DNA from: Vulcanimicrobiota bacterium
GTDB taxonomy: Bacteria; Vulcanimicrobiota; Vulcanimicrobiia; Vulcanimicrobiales; Vulcanimicrobiaceae
NCBI GenBank assembly: GCA_963695225.1
Contig: OY968762.1
Coordinates: 1,632,001-1,696,000 of the forward strand
Reading direction: 5' to 3'
DNA length: 64,000 bases
The notes under the pieces are model-generated. The model was not told where the DNA came from and made no database searches. It saw only the letters and a list, made by a program, of their open reading frames with translations. The number at the start of each line of letters is the position of its first letter. The stretch's first letter is position 1. The translations under genes were made by a program, and so were the position numbers. Below are positions 47,101 to 56,189 of the stretch, piece by piece.

Positions 47101-47353
47101 GCAACTGACCCTCTACCGGCGCGTCCTGCGAGATCGCTTCGAACGGCCGCTACGCACCGGCGTCTTGCGGCTCTCACCGGACGAAGCAACGTTCGCGGAG
47201 CTCGAACCGCTCGACGACGCCGTGCTGGACGAAGCGATCCGCGCCGCCGCGCGGCTCGACGACGATACGCCGCGCCCCGGCGCCCAGTGCCGCTCGTGTC
47301 CCTACGCCGGCCCGCTCTGCCGCGAGGGCGCGGCGGAGATCGCTACGGCTTGA
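44147..47353 (+). CDS. UvrD-like helicase fused to a PD-(D/E)XK nuclease (AdnB/AddA-like)
   Basis: Motifs AGAGTGKT, VDEFQD, QAIYAF, TAHGAKGLEW, YVAMTRA; GYIDLV..IDYKTG; Cys in ACP and CRSCPYAGPLC; GTGA overlap. Confidence 0.9.
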   Translation: MTAQTLPSKGQREAIGAPLRGPHLVRAGAGTGKTFTLVERAIALAQSASDEQRVRPSELLVVTFTNKAASEIAARLTRALRARGIEEAPTCSTFHALGSAILKEFAAESGLSPDVRAIPKPRARAVFRRAFKDLLEHRIYVDPSALPLLDRLEDLELSLAEIALRLRDLGLSVDEFEARALAAAHALRTQTWGQLWSPGKRKAQPRIALEPKLERSLLERAEEAEREERNVRAVATLFRRFDDLLREEALVTFGDLLARAARLVRGSPAVAAALRNRWKHALVDEFQDTNPLQVELLQAIFGDALVPVMAVGDVRQAIYAFNGADPSGILRFGELRGCVTHTLAENRRSVQQILDAAHAFLGRDAATAADPAGHAPLVAVKGAAEHFPLRVQAFGTGDLDAGRALEALAIASEIARLVAGGTRPREIAILLRGWRRARVYVDALHERGIPAKTHGGVGFLDAPEIRDALAWLRLILDPTDRAATVRVLQSPTCGLSDGTLVALAHGAVTLDREAWSEPVASWLRDAERERLLGAREVLRRLGHAVALPLSHAVGEIVAGTGIDLAYAAVDPRGAEQARANLAKLVRLAAAFERDRPGARAHDFVRELDERLEFDDDEREADFGDDEVSIMTAHGAKGLEWEVVFIANVSPASFPSQGGGFAPCAVVDERSGALALRYAVDGSVPLRWTMLQEHDEATGERTQSSGDARKAEEARLFYVAMTRAKTRLYVSGANGRPPGTANGAAYKPSQYLTAVREWALEQGLSDAELAFGSDDAPRPAVPSERAAKKMLDRARAEAACERLRRVLEREHAASVASEPPPRVLSYSAIGAYAACPRLARYRYLFRIPDLRDEAATPLWTAEGSDPLADKLPPAAFGTIVHRALELCARAQIAGERIELERFVEQALEEEEREAAPALAARVAATVLHGLEALEAFVPREPELRFDATVAGNRVGGYIDLVAEDAAGRPVVIDYKTGHTPEGAYRLQLTLYRRVLRDRFERPLRTGVLRLSPDEATFAELEPLDDAVLDEAIRAAARLDDDTPRPGAQCRSCPYAGPLCREGAAEIATA

Positions 47354-47897
47354 CCTTCAGCTCGTCGGCGACGGTCTTGACGCCGGCGGAATGTTTCGCG
47401 GCGTCGAGCATCGTCGCTTTGATCGCCTCCGTCTTCACGTCGCCGCTGAGCGTGACGGCACCTGCGTGCGCCCGAACCTTCACGGTGAGCGCATTCACGC
47501 CCGCCTGCGCGATCAACGCGCCGGTCACGACGGCGACCGTTCCGGCATCCTTCGCTTGATCGGTCGCCGGCGGCAGCTTCGGATCGGCGACGATCGTCGA
47601 AGTCACGCTCTTGACGCCCGGAACACCCTTCGCCGCTGCGAGGAAGCGCTCGGCGATCGCTGCGGATTTCGCCTTGCCGCTCAACGTGACGACGCCGCCA
47701 TGCGATCCGACCGCAACGTGCAGCGCGGAATCCGCGTCGATCCCAACCAGGCGCGCGGTAATCTGGGCGACGACGGCTCCGTCGCCGAGCACGACGGGTG
47801 CCGATTGTTGCAGCGATTTCGTCGCATCCTCGACCTGCGTCGACGAGCAGCCGGCGGCGAAAACGGCGGCGGCCAACGCGAGCGCACGCAACTTCAT
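47343..47897 (-). CDS. Double BON-domain lipoprotein (OsmY-like)
   Basis: Lipobox FAAGC; two GxVTLSG...GVKxV repeats. Confidence 0.9.
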   Translation of the reverse strand: MKLRALALAAAVFAAGCSSTQVEDATKSLQQSAPVVLGDGAVVAQITARLVGIDADSALHVAVGSHGGVVTLSGKAKSAAIAERFLAAAKGVPGVKSVTSTIVADPKLPPATDQAKDAGTVAVVTGALIAQAGVNALTVKVRAHAGAVTLSGDVKTEAIKATMLDAAKHSAGVKTVADELKVKP

Positions 47898-47989
47898 GGC
47901 AAATCTCCCTCTTCTCTCGAGTTCCGCGACGCGACAGTCCGCAAACTCGCCCTCGATCTACGCGCGCGCGGGAGGCGATCCCTCGGCCG

Positions 47990-48550
47990 CTACGCCGAAC
48001 GCGCGGCTTGCGCGCCGGCGTTCGCGAAACGGAACGAGCGCAGCCGGCCGTCGCGTAAGGAAAACATGTGAATCGCAGGTTCCTCGAGGCTCGGCACCAC
48101 GGCCGGCAGCGCGGCGGCGATGCGCCGCGCTTCTTCGAGGCGCGCGGCTTGCCCGGCGTACGCTTCGATCCGCACCGCGTGCGCGCGCTTGCGCTCGTCG
48201 TACACGAGGGCGTCCGCTCGCGGCGGCGGCGACCCGAACCGCGCGGCCGGGAGCGCGAAGAGGCGCCGCGCGAGCGGTGAGCGGCCAAAGCGAGCTGCGG
48301 CTCGGAGCGTCGCGCCCTGGACCTCGTGGCGCGCGATCGCATCGAGCGAGCGCCCTTCCTCGAAGAGGACTCCGTCGAGCGCTTCGAGCGCGACGTTCCC
48401 GAACGCGTGCAGGTCGATCGCCTCGTCGCGCAAGCCCCGGGCGGCCTGGACCCTTGCAAGAGCGGCGCGGACGGCGCGCTCGACGAGTTCGGGGGAGCGA
48501 AGGATGAAGGAAAGGCGGTCGTCGTTCACGTTGGATTCAGTTTGGCCCAT
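47990..48550 (-). CDS. Hypothetical protein
   Basis: ORF with typical high-GC3 codon use; start uncertain (open to 48643). Confidence 0.6.
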   Translation of the reverse strand: MGQTESNVNDDRLSFILRSPELVERAVRAALARVQAARGLRDEAIDLHAFGNVALEALDGVLFEEGRSLDAIARHEVQGATLRAAARFGRSPLARRLFALPAARFGSPPPRADALVYDERKRAHAVRIEAYAGQAARLEEARRIAAALPAVVPSLEEPAIHMFSLRDGRLRSFRFANAGAQAARSA

Positions 48551-48695
48551 GATTGTGCCAGCGATATGGCACAGTTGACCGCAGGCCAACAATTCCGCGT
48601 CGTGCGCTCGCGTCTCGGCAACATCGACCGTCGCGCTCGCCAACCGGCCGCAAGCCTACCGGAGCCGGGCTACGCTCGCTCGAAACGAAGAGCAC

Positions 48696-49217
48696 ATGGG
48701 GAATCCCGGCTCAACGACGGTTCGCGCCGCCACGGAGGACGATCTTGCAGCCATTGTCGATTTGATCGCGGCGGAAGCGGCGGACGGACGCTGGATTGCG
48801 ACGGACCTTCCGGTCGACCACACTCAGCTGCGACGGCGTATGCTGCAGCTGCTGCAGCGCAGTGACGCACGCAGCTTCGTTGCAATCGGCGCCGAGCGCA
48901 TCGTGGGCGAACTGAGCATCTCAACGCGCCGTTCGGGGCTCCTTGAGTTCGGGATGATCGTGGCGGCTGACCGGCGTGCCGGAGGCGTTGGAAGCGCTCT
49001 GCTGGCGGCAGGTATTGCGTGGGGTCGCGAGATCGGAGCGCATAAGATCATGCTTGAAGTGTTTCCGCATAACGTCGCCGCGCGTGCGCTTTACGGCAAG
49101 TTCGGTTTCGCGGAAGAGGGATATTTCCGAAGACACGTGAGGCGGAAGAACGGCGAGCTTTGGGATTGCATACCGATGAGCTTGTCGCTGAACGAACGAC
49201 CTGCGAACGAAGCGTAA
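48696..49217 (+). CDS. GNAT-family acetyltransferase
   Basis: RRAGGVGSALL; LEVFPHNVAARALYGKFGF. Confidence 0.9.
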   Translation: MGNPGSTTVRAATEDDLAAIVDLIAAEAADGRWIATDLPVDHTQLRRRMLQLLQRSDARSFVAIGAERIVGELSISTRRSGLLEFGMIVAADRRAGGVGSALLAAGIAWGREIGAHKIMLEVFPHNVAARALYGKFGFAEEGYFRRHVRRKNGELWDCIPMSLSLNERPANEA

Positions 49218-49503
49218 CCTGGGGGGAACACTCCACGCGCAGGAGCGCGAGGAACGTGACGAACGCGGCGGCCAGGGCGAGCATCCCGCAGCCGCAACCG
49301 GAGGGTTCTCTCGACCGCCTGCGGTCGCCGTCCAACAGGCCGAAGATGAGCGGCAGGTTGCCGGGGTCGCGCGGATCGAGATGCACGTCACGATCCTCGC
49401 ACGAGCCGGCGACGGACGCTTGGCATGACGCGCTCGCCGATCCGGGCCCAAACGGCCGTTGCTCGAAGTGGAAACGGCGTCGAACGGCGTATCGAAGGAA
49501 CGG

Positions 49504-50436
49504 ATGTCACGCCGGCCGATCCACTCGCTGCTCGCGGCCTCGATTGCAATTGCTCTCGCGCTCTCCGCATCGGCGTTCCCCCGCGGCGCGGGGGCGGCCG
49601 CGCTCCCGCCGATCTTGGCGGACGTCCGCGACGTCATCGGCGCGGTCGGCGGAGCGAACACCGTCACGCTCTCCGCCTACACGCTCTCCCCTCGCGGGAA
49701 AATGAGCGCCGCTCTCCTCGCCGCGGCGGCCCGCGGCGCGCGCGTGAGCGTCGCCCTCGACGGCAGCGCGTTCGGTGCGGCGGCGCAGAGCAACGCGCGC
49801 ACGATCGCCGAGTTCGGAGCGCATGGGATACGCGTCCACCTCACGGAGCGCCCGCTCCACCTCAAAGCGGCCGTGATCGACGGGACGGTCTACCTTTCCG
49901 ATCGCAATTGGACGGGCGGGCGCGGCCGCGAGGTCGTGATTCGCGATCCCTATCCGACCGATCGAGCGATGGTCGAGCGCGCGATTCTAGGAGAGGCCGG
50001 AAGCAACGAGCACCTGTGGCTACGCAAAGCCGACGCGCTGGCGGCCGAAGCGCGGCTCGTCTCGCAGCGGACCGCGCACGACGTCTTCGTCGAGAGCGAA
50101 TCGTTCGGGACGGGTACGCCGCTCTACGACGCGCTCGCGGCGCGGGCGCGCGCGCACGACTCGGTGCATCTGATCGTCGCCTCGTTCGAATATCGCCGCT
50201 CGGCGGCCGAGCGGCAAGCGATCGCGGAACTCGCGCGAAACGGCGTGAGCGTTCGGCTCGGAACGAGCGGGGAGAAGCTCGCGATCGACGGCTCGAACGC
50301 CTGGATCGGCAGCGCGAACGCGACCCGCGGCCTGCCGAATCAAGTCGACTTCGGCTTCATCTTCCACAACCGTGAGATCGCAGCGCAACTGCGCGCGCAG
50401 TACGACGCGAACTGGAGCCGCGCGACGCCGCTCTAA
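49504..50436 (+). CDS. Exported phospholipase D-like protein with a degenerate second HKD motif
   Basis: Signal peptide; HLKAAVIDG..SDRNWT; second half reads GEKLAIDG..WIGSAN. Confidence 0.82.
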   Translation: MSRRPIHSLLAASIAIALALSASAFPRGAGAAALPPILADVRDVIGAVGGANTVTLSAYTLSPRGKMSAALLAAAARGARVSVALDGSAFGAAAQSNARTIAEFGAHGIRVHLTERPLHLKAAVIDGTVYLSDRNWTGGRGREVVIRDPYPTDRAMVERAILGEAGSNEHLWLRKADALAAEARLVSQRTAHDVFVESESFGTGTPLYDALAARARAHDSVHLIVASFEYRRSAAERQAIAELARNGVSVRLGTSGEKLAIDGSNAWIGSANATRGLPNQVDFGFIFHNREIAAQLRAQYDANWSRATPL

Positions 50437-50475
50437 TGTCGCTGCGATGCGGTTCTGATGCCGGCTTGCGGCGCC

Positions 50476-51030
50476 TCAGACGCCTGCGAAGAGATCGTCG
50501 GCATCGAGGACGAGCCCCGGGTGCTCCCGCACTTCGATAGCGCCGGCAGCCGGCGTCGTAACAACGCCGTCCGCGGTGTGTTGGGCGATCGTCCGTTCGC
50601 GCGAATCGACGACGATGACGGCGCGCGCGCCGTGCCGGAGGTAGAGCGCGACCTTCTCGGCGAGCGTCTTCCGTGAATCTTCCGGAGAGATGATCTCGAC
50701 CGCGATATCGGGAGCCAGGCGCGGACGCTCGCGTGCGTCTTCCGGCAGCGCGAGCGGAAGCCGTTCGAACGATACATACGCAACATCCGGAACGAGCGAG
50801 GAAGCCTTGCCCTCCCTTTCTAGCAGATAGAAGCGCCATTCCGTTCCGGCCTCGCCGCGCCCGCGCGCCCAGCGGTCCAGTTGCGCGAAGAGGCGCCCCT
50901 GCAGCAACGCGTGGCGCCGCCGGGGACTCACTTTTTGCTCGAGCCGCCCGCGGATCGACTCCACGTACGGCTTCTCGGTGTCCGTGAACTCGAGCGACGC
51001 GGGAATGGGGGCGACGATGTTTGCAGGCAT
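50476..51030 (-). CDS. Uma2-family endonuclease
   Basis: Motifs SPRRRH, VPDVAYV, PDIAVEIISP, KVALY. Confidence 0.9.
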   Translation of the reverse strand: MPANIVAPIPASLEFTDTEKPYVESIRGRLEQKVSPRRRHALLQGRLFAQLDRWARGRGEAGTEWRFYLLEREGKASSLVPDVAYVSFERLPLALPEDARERPRLAPDIAVEIISPEDSRKTLAEKVALYLRHGARAVIVVDSRERTIAQHTADGVVTTPAAGAIEVREHPGLVLDADDLFAGV

Positions 51031-51180
51031 GGCTTCACCGCCAACCTATCACGCCCCAAAGCCGCCCGGCAAGGCGCCGAAGCCCTTCGGACAAGCTTTC
51101 ATTCGCTTACGCGTGGCCTCGGGCCATGGGTCGATCGAGGGCGACCCGGACGCCCCTCGACGGGCTAAAGTGGCGACGGG

Positions 51181-53466
51181 CTACTTCCGGATGCGTTCCG
51201 CGGCGGCGAGGGCGGCTTGGCCGAGGCCGATCCCGCCGTCGTTCGGCGGGACGAGCAGGTTGATCCACAAGCGCTCGCCGAGCGCGCTCGCCAGCATCTC
51301 GACGAGCAGCGCGTTCTGGAACACGCCGCCGCTGACGACGACGCGCCGCGCGCGCAGTTCTTCCGCGATCTCGAGGACGGCCGCCGCCAGCGCGCCGTGA
51401 AACGCGCGTGCGATCTGCGCGAGCGGGCGGCCGGCGCACCGGTCCGCGATTGCGGCGGCGAGCAGCGGGCGATGATCGATCTCGCCGTCGCGAAACGGGA
51501 ACGGGTACGGTGCCGCCTCCGGCGCCGTTCGCGCGAGGTGCTCGAGCCACATCGCGGCCTGCCCCTCGAAAGTCTGCTCGCGCGTGAAGCCCAAGAGCGC
51601 CGCAACCGTATCGAAGAGGCGCCCGACCGAGCTCGTCTCGAACGTGCGCACGCCCTTGCGCACGAGTTCGCTCGCCTGCGCGAACCGGTCGGGAAACGAG
51701 AACGGCGGCTGCAGCAAGAGCTCCTCGCCTGCGAGCCCGTGCAGGAAGCCGGCGGCGGCCTGCACCGGGAAGCGCGCGGCCGCGTCCCCGCCCGGCAACG
51801 AAACGGGACGGAGGTTGGCAACGCGCGCGAGCCCGCCCGCGAGCGTCCCGCGGAACACTTCGCCGCCCCAGATCGTGCCGTCGTCGCCATACCCCGTCCC
51901 GTCGAATGCGAATCCGACGACCTCCGTATCCCAGGCGCCGTGCTCGGCGAGGACGCTCGCGACGTGCGCGCGATGGTGCTGCAACGCGACCGTTCGCCCC
52001 GGGAGCGATTGCGCGTACTGCGTCGAGTGATACCCCGGATGCAGATCGTGCGCGACGACGAGCTTCTCAGGAACGACGCCGTACATCGCACAAAGATCGG
52101 CGACCGTCGACTCGAACGCCTCGCGCGCCGCGAACTGATCGAGATCTCCCACGTGCTGGCTCGCGAAGGCTTGCCCGCCGACGACAAGCACGATCGCGTT
52201 TTTCAAATCCCCCCCGAGCGCGAGGATCGGCTTCCCCGCAGGGATCTCGGCGACGGCCTGCGGCGCGTAACCGCGCGCGCGGCGCAGCACGCTCGGCCCC
52301 TGCGGGCCGACCCGCACGATCGAATCGTCGATCCGGCGCGCGATCGGGCGCTCTCCGACGAGGAACGCGTCGGGGATTCCGGCGAGCGAAACGAACGCGT
52401 CGCCCTCGGTATACGCGATCGGCTCGCTCGAGCGATTCGCGCTCGTCAGCACGAGCACGTGCGGCGCGCCGGCTGCGAACAGCAGATGGTGCAGCGGCGC
52501 GTACGGCAACATCACGCCGAGCTCGGCGTTTTCCGGCGCGACTCCCGCGAGTTCCACTCTCGCAGGCGCGAGCACGATCGGGCGCGCGATCGAGGTCAGG
52601 ACGCGCTCCGCCTGCGCGCCGAACGCTGCGAGCGAGCGCGCCGTCGCAAGATCGCGCACCATCAGCGCGAACGGCCGATCCTTGCGGAACTTCCGCTCGC
52701 GCAACGCGTGGACCGCATCCGGATTGCGCGCGTCGCAGGCCAGGTGATACCCGCCGATCCCCTTGATCGCGACGATCGCGCCGGAGCGCAGGAGCGCAGC
52801 CGCCGCCTCGATCGCGCCGTCGCGCAGCGGCGCGTTCGCGTTCTGCTCGCCGCCGGGCGCGGGGGCAAGCGCGGCCTCTCGCTCGGCCGCCTCCGCATGC
52901 AGCAGATGATATGCCGGACCGCATTTTCCGCACGCGACGGGCTGCGCGTGAAAGCGGCGATCCCCCGGGTCTTCGTATTCGGCCCGGCACTCGGCGCAGA
53001 GCGGCCAGTCGCGCATCGTCGTTCGCGGCCGGTCGTACGGCAGGCTCAACACGATGCTGTAGCGCGGCCCGCAATTCGTGCAGTTGATGTACGGATACCC
53101 GGCGCGCCGGTTCCACGGGTCGAACATCTCCTTCAAGCACTCGTCGCAGACCGCTAAGTCCGGCGAGACGCGCGTCGTCGGAAGCGCCGAGCGGATGCTC
53201 TCGCGAATCGCGAACGTCGCGTACCCCTCCTCCCGGGCGGCTTCCGCGACCAGTGAGGCCACCTGCGCCGCCGCCGGCGGTCGCGCTCGCAAATCGGCGA
53301 CGAACCGCTCGAGCGCTTCGGGCGGCCCCTCGCCGTGCACGTGGACGCCGTCCTCGCCGTTGCGAACCCAGCCCGTCACGCCGTGCTGCGCCGCGATCCG
53401 GTAGACGAACGGCCGGAAGCCGACGCCCTGCACGATGCCCGTGACGTGGATCCGGATCGCGCTCAC
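51181..53466 (-). CDS. hypF: Carbamoyltransferase HypF
   Basis: Motifs VQGVGFRPFV, CTNCGPR, RRFHAQP, KGIGGYHL, HDLHP, PPNDGG. Confidence 0.97.
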   Translation of the reverse strand: MSAIRIHVTGIVQGVGFRPFVYRIAAQHGVTGWVRNGEDGVHVHGEGPPEALERFVADLRARPPAAAQVASLVAEAAREEGYATFAIRESIRSALPTTRVSPDLAVCDECLKEMFDPWNRRAGYPYINCTNCGPRYSIVLSLPYDRPRTTMRDWPLCAECRAEYEDPGDRRFHAQPVACGKCGPAYHLLHAEAAEREAALAPAPGGEQNANAPLRDGAIEAAAALLRSGAIVAIKGIGGYHLACDARNPDAVHALRERKFRKDRPFALMVRDLATARSLAAFGAQAERVLTSIARPIVLAPARVELAGVAPENAELGVMLPYAPLHHLLFAAGAPHVLVLTSANRSSEPIAYTEGDAFVSLAGIPDAFLVGERPIARRIDDSIVRVGPQGPSVLRRARGYAPQAVAEIPAGKPILALGGDLKNAIVLVVGGQAFASQHVGDLDQFAAREAFESTVADLCAMYGVVPEKLVVAHDLHPGYHSTQYAQSLPGRTVALQHHRAHVASVLAEHGAWDTEVVGFAFDGTGYGDDGTIWGGEVFRGTLAGGLARVANLRPVSLPGGDAAARFPVQAAAGFLHGLAGEELLLQPPFSFPDRFAQASELVRKGVRTFETSSVGRLFDTVAALLGFTREQTFEGQAAMWLEHLARTAPEAAPYPFPFRDGEIDHRPLLAAAIADRCAGRPLAQIARAFHGALAAAVLEIAEELRARRVVVSGGVFQNALLVEMLASALGERLWINLLVPPNDGGIGLGQAALAAAERIRK

Positions 53467-53696
53467 GCTAGGCCGATGTAACAGCCGCGCCCCCGCATCC
53501 CGACTTGCACGATGCGGCCGTCCTCGACGAGAACCGGTACCATCGCCGCCGCGCCCGCTAGCTCGATCAAACGCGCGCGCGCCGAGGGATCTCCCTCGAC
53601 GTCGAATGCGCTGAACGCGCGCCCGTCGAACTCGAGCTCCTCGCGCAGCTCGGCACAGTACGGACAGTGCTTCGTCATATAGAGCTCGAGCGCCAT
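53463..53696 (-). CDS. Glutaredoxin-like protein (CPYC; resembles a Cys form of the Uxx-star family)
   Basis: 77 aa; CPYC, VPVLVEDG, C-terminal GRGCY; coupled to both hypE and hypF. Confidence 0.88.
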   Translation of the reverse strand: MALELYMTKHCPYCAELREELEFDGRAFSAFDVEGDPSARARLIELAGAAAMVPVLVEDGRIVQVGMRGRGCYIGLA

Positions 53697-54748
53697 CAGC
53701 AGATGCGCGGCAACGGGTCGCCCACGAGCATGTCGATGACCCGCGTCCCGCCGTATCCGCTCACGCCGAGGACGCGCCGTTTCGGCTGCGCGCGCACTTC
53801 GCCGATGCAGACCGCCCCTTGGCCGCCCGGCATCGCCCGGAGCGTCGCGAGGGCGTCGTCCGCCGCTTCCGCCGCAACGACGGCCAGGAACTGCCCCTCG
53901 TTCGCGATGTGCAGCGGGTCGAGGCCGAGCAACTCGCACGCGCCGCGCACGCCCTCGTCCACCGGGATCGCATCCTCGTACAGCGCGATCCCGCATTCGG
54001 TCGAGCGCACGAGTTCGTTGAGCGCCGTCGCGACGCCGCCGCGCGTCGGATCGCGCATCCAGCGAATTTCGCCGGCGCAGCATTCCAGCAGCGCCGCGAC
54101 GAACGGCCAAACGCACCGCGTGTCGGAACGCAGGTCGGCTTCCAGCGCGAGTTCCCCGCGCGCGAGCAAGATCGTGATCCCGTGATCCCCGATGGGCCCG
54201 GAAAGCAGCACGCGGTCGCCCGGGCGCACGGATGCCGGATCGAGGCGCGCGCGCGGATCGATCGTTCCGATCCCGAACGTCGAGATGTACATCCCGTCGG
54301 CCGCTCCGTGCTCGACGACCTTCGTGTCGCCGCCGACGATCGGGACGCCGGCCTTGCGCGCCGCGTTCGCCATCGCTTCGAGCTCGCGCTCGAGGACGGC
54401 GACGTCGAGGCCCGCCTCCAGGATGAACGTCGCCATCAGCGCGAGCGGTCTCGCGCCGGAGACCGCGAGATCGTTGAGCGTCCCGTTCACGGCAAGGTCG
54501 CCGATCGAGCCGCCGGGGAACTGCAACGGCTTCACGACGAAACCGTCGGCCGTCGTCGCGAGCGCGCCGTCGCCGTGCGGAAGGCGCGCGGCATCGGAGA
54601 ACGCGGCAAGGACCGGATTCGCGAAGTAGGGCGCGATCAACCCTTCGACCAAACGGCGGGAGGCTTTCCCGCCGGCGCCGTGCGCCATCTCGATGCACGC
54701 GTCGCGAAAGCGCACGTCCGGTCGCGTCCGGTCGAGCGTTTCCATCAA
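53696..54748 (-). CDS. hypE: Hydrogenase maturation protein HypE
   Basis: Motifs HGAGG, FPGGSIG, GGDTKVV, MRDPTRGG, ANEG, C-terminal PRIC. Confidence 0.97.
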   Translation of the reverse strand: MMETLDRTRPDVRFRDACIEMAHGAGGKASRRLVEGLIAPYFANPVLAAFSDAARLPHGDGALATTADGFVVKPLQFPGGSIGDLAVNGTLNDLAVSGARPLALMATFILEAGLDVAVLERELEAMANAARKAGVPIVGGDTKVVEHGAADGMYISTFGIGTIDPRARLDPASVRPGDRVLLSGPIGDHGITILLARGELALEADLRSDTRCVWPFVAALLECCAGEIRWMRDPTRGGVATALNELVRSTECGIALYEDAIPVDEGVRGACELLGLDPLHIANEGQFLAVVAAEAADDALATLRAMPGGQGAVCIGEVRAQPKRRVLGVSGYGGTRVIDMLVGDPLPRIC

Positions 54749-54778
54749 TCCGGGTTCCCGGGATTCCGGCGCATCGTG

Positions 54779-55891
54779 CTAGCTTTCGACGGCCGTGCCG
54801 AGATCGACGTACTTGTAGTAGGCGGCGCAGGCGCCTTCGCTCGAGACCATCAACGCGCCAAGCGGATGTTCGGGGTTGCACGCGTTTCCGAAGAGCTTGC
54901 ACCCGGGCGGCTTCAGGATGCCTTTGAGAACCTCGCCGCATTGAGCCGAGCGCGGATCGGTCGCGCGAACCCCCGGCACCTCGAACTGCACTTCAGCGTC
55001 CCAGGCCGCGTATTTCGCTTTGATCCCGAGCGCGGAATTTGGAATCGATCCGAGACCGCGCCATTCGAAGTGCGGGCGTAACTCCATCGTCTCTTCCATC
55101 GCGCGCAACGCGGCCACGTTTCCGCCGGGCGGGACGAAGCGGCGATATTGGTTCTCCACCTTCGCTTCCCCGGCGACGAGCTGGCGCAGCACCATGAGCA
55201 CAGATTCCATCAGATCGAGCGGTTCGAACCCCGAGATGACGACCGGTTTGCCGTATTCCGAGGCGATGAACTCGTACGGCTTGCACCCGATGACGGTCGA
55301 GACATGGCCCGGGCCGATGAACCCGTCGATCCGCATATCGGGCGCGTCGACGATCGCACGCATCGGCGGAATCACGACGACGTGATTGCAGAACACCGAG
55401 AAGTTGCGCACGTTCTCGCCGGCCGCTTGCAGGATCGTCAGCGCGGTCGAGGGCGCCGTCGTCTCGAACCCGATCGCGAAGAAGCAGACGTGCTTCTGCG
55501 GATTCTCCTTCGCGAGCCGGAGCGCGTCCAGCGGCGAATAGACCATGCGGATGTCGCAACCGCGCGCCTTGTACTCCAGCGGCGTTCCCTTCGTCCCCGG
55601 GACGCGCATCATGTCGCCGAAGCAGGCGAGGATCACGTTCGGCTGTTCGGCGATCACGAGGCCGTCGTCGACGCGCCCCGTAGGGAGAACGCACACCGGA
55701 CAGCCGGGGCCGTGCACGAACTCGATATTCTCCGGGAGAACGTCCGCGAGGCCGTAGCGGTAGATCGCGTGCGTGTGCCCTCCGCAGACTTCCATGATCC
55801 GATAGTGCCGGTCCGGTTCGACCGTGCGAGCGATCTCGTGCGCGAGTGCGGCGATCAGCTTCGGGTCGCGGTATTCGTCGACGTATTTCAC
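54779..55891 (-). CDS. hypD: Hydrogenase maturation protein HypD
   Basis: Motifs MEVCGGHTH, GPGCPVCV, GFETT, PGHVS, MVSSEGACAAYY. Confidence 0.97.
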   Translation of the reverse strand: MKYVDEYRDPKLIAALAHEIARTVEPDRHYRIMEVCGGHTHAIYRYGLADVLPENIEFVHGPGCPVCVLPTGRVDDGLVIAEQPNVILACFGDMMRVPGTKGTPLEYKARGCDIRMVYSPLDALRLAKENPQKHVCFFAIGFETTAPSTALTILQAAGENVRNFSVFCNHVVVIPPMRAIVDAPDMRIDGFIGPGHVSTVIGCKPYEFIASEYGKPVVISGFEPLDLMESVLMVLRQLVAGEAKVENQYRRFVPPGGNVAALRAMEETMELRPHFEWRGLGSIPNSALGIKAKYAAWDAEVQFEVPGVRATDPRSAQCGEVLKGILKPPGCKLFGNACNPEHPLGALMVSSEGACAAYYKYVDLGTAVES

Positions 55892-55892
55892 G

Positions 55893-56171
55893 TCACGACT
55901 CCGCGAAATCCAGGCCGCGCATCTCGTCCATCGCTTGTTCGCTCTCGCCGAGCATCTGCAGGATCGTCATCTGCTCCTGCGCCTGCTCCTCGCTGACGCG
56001 GCTCATCGCGAAGCCGACGTGCAGCAGGACCCAGTCGCCGACGGCTAGGTGCGCATCGCGCAGCAAGTCCACGTTCACGCGACGGCGCACTCCGGCGACT
56101 TCGGCGACGGCGAGCGCGCGGGTATCGCTTTCGGGAAATTCAACGATCTTCGCAGGGATTGCCAAGCACAT
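55893..56171 (-). CDS. hypC: Hydrogenase chaperone HypC
   Basis: Motifs MCLAIP, GDWVLLHVGFA. Confidence 0.97.
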   Translation of the reverse strand: MCLAIPAKIVEFPESDTRALAVAEVAGVRRRVNVDLLRDAHLAVGDWVLLHVGFAMSRVSEEQAQEQMTILQMLGESEQAMDEMRGLDFAES

Positions 56172-56189
56172 CGCGTTCGCCTCGCCGCT

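Noticed and set aside
41151..51030. Helicase-nucleases, PLD and Uma2 as a defence island or Cas4 module
   Set aside because: The helicase pair fits housekeeping end resection, the PLD has a signal peptide, the genes are not in one operon, and there are no mobility or cas genes
53463..53696. Selenocysteine readthrough in the glutaredoxin
   Set aside because: The relevant position is a Cys codon, and the terminal TGA overlaps the hypF start
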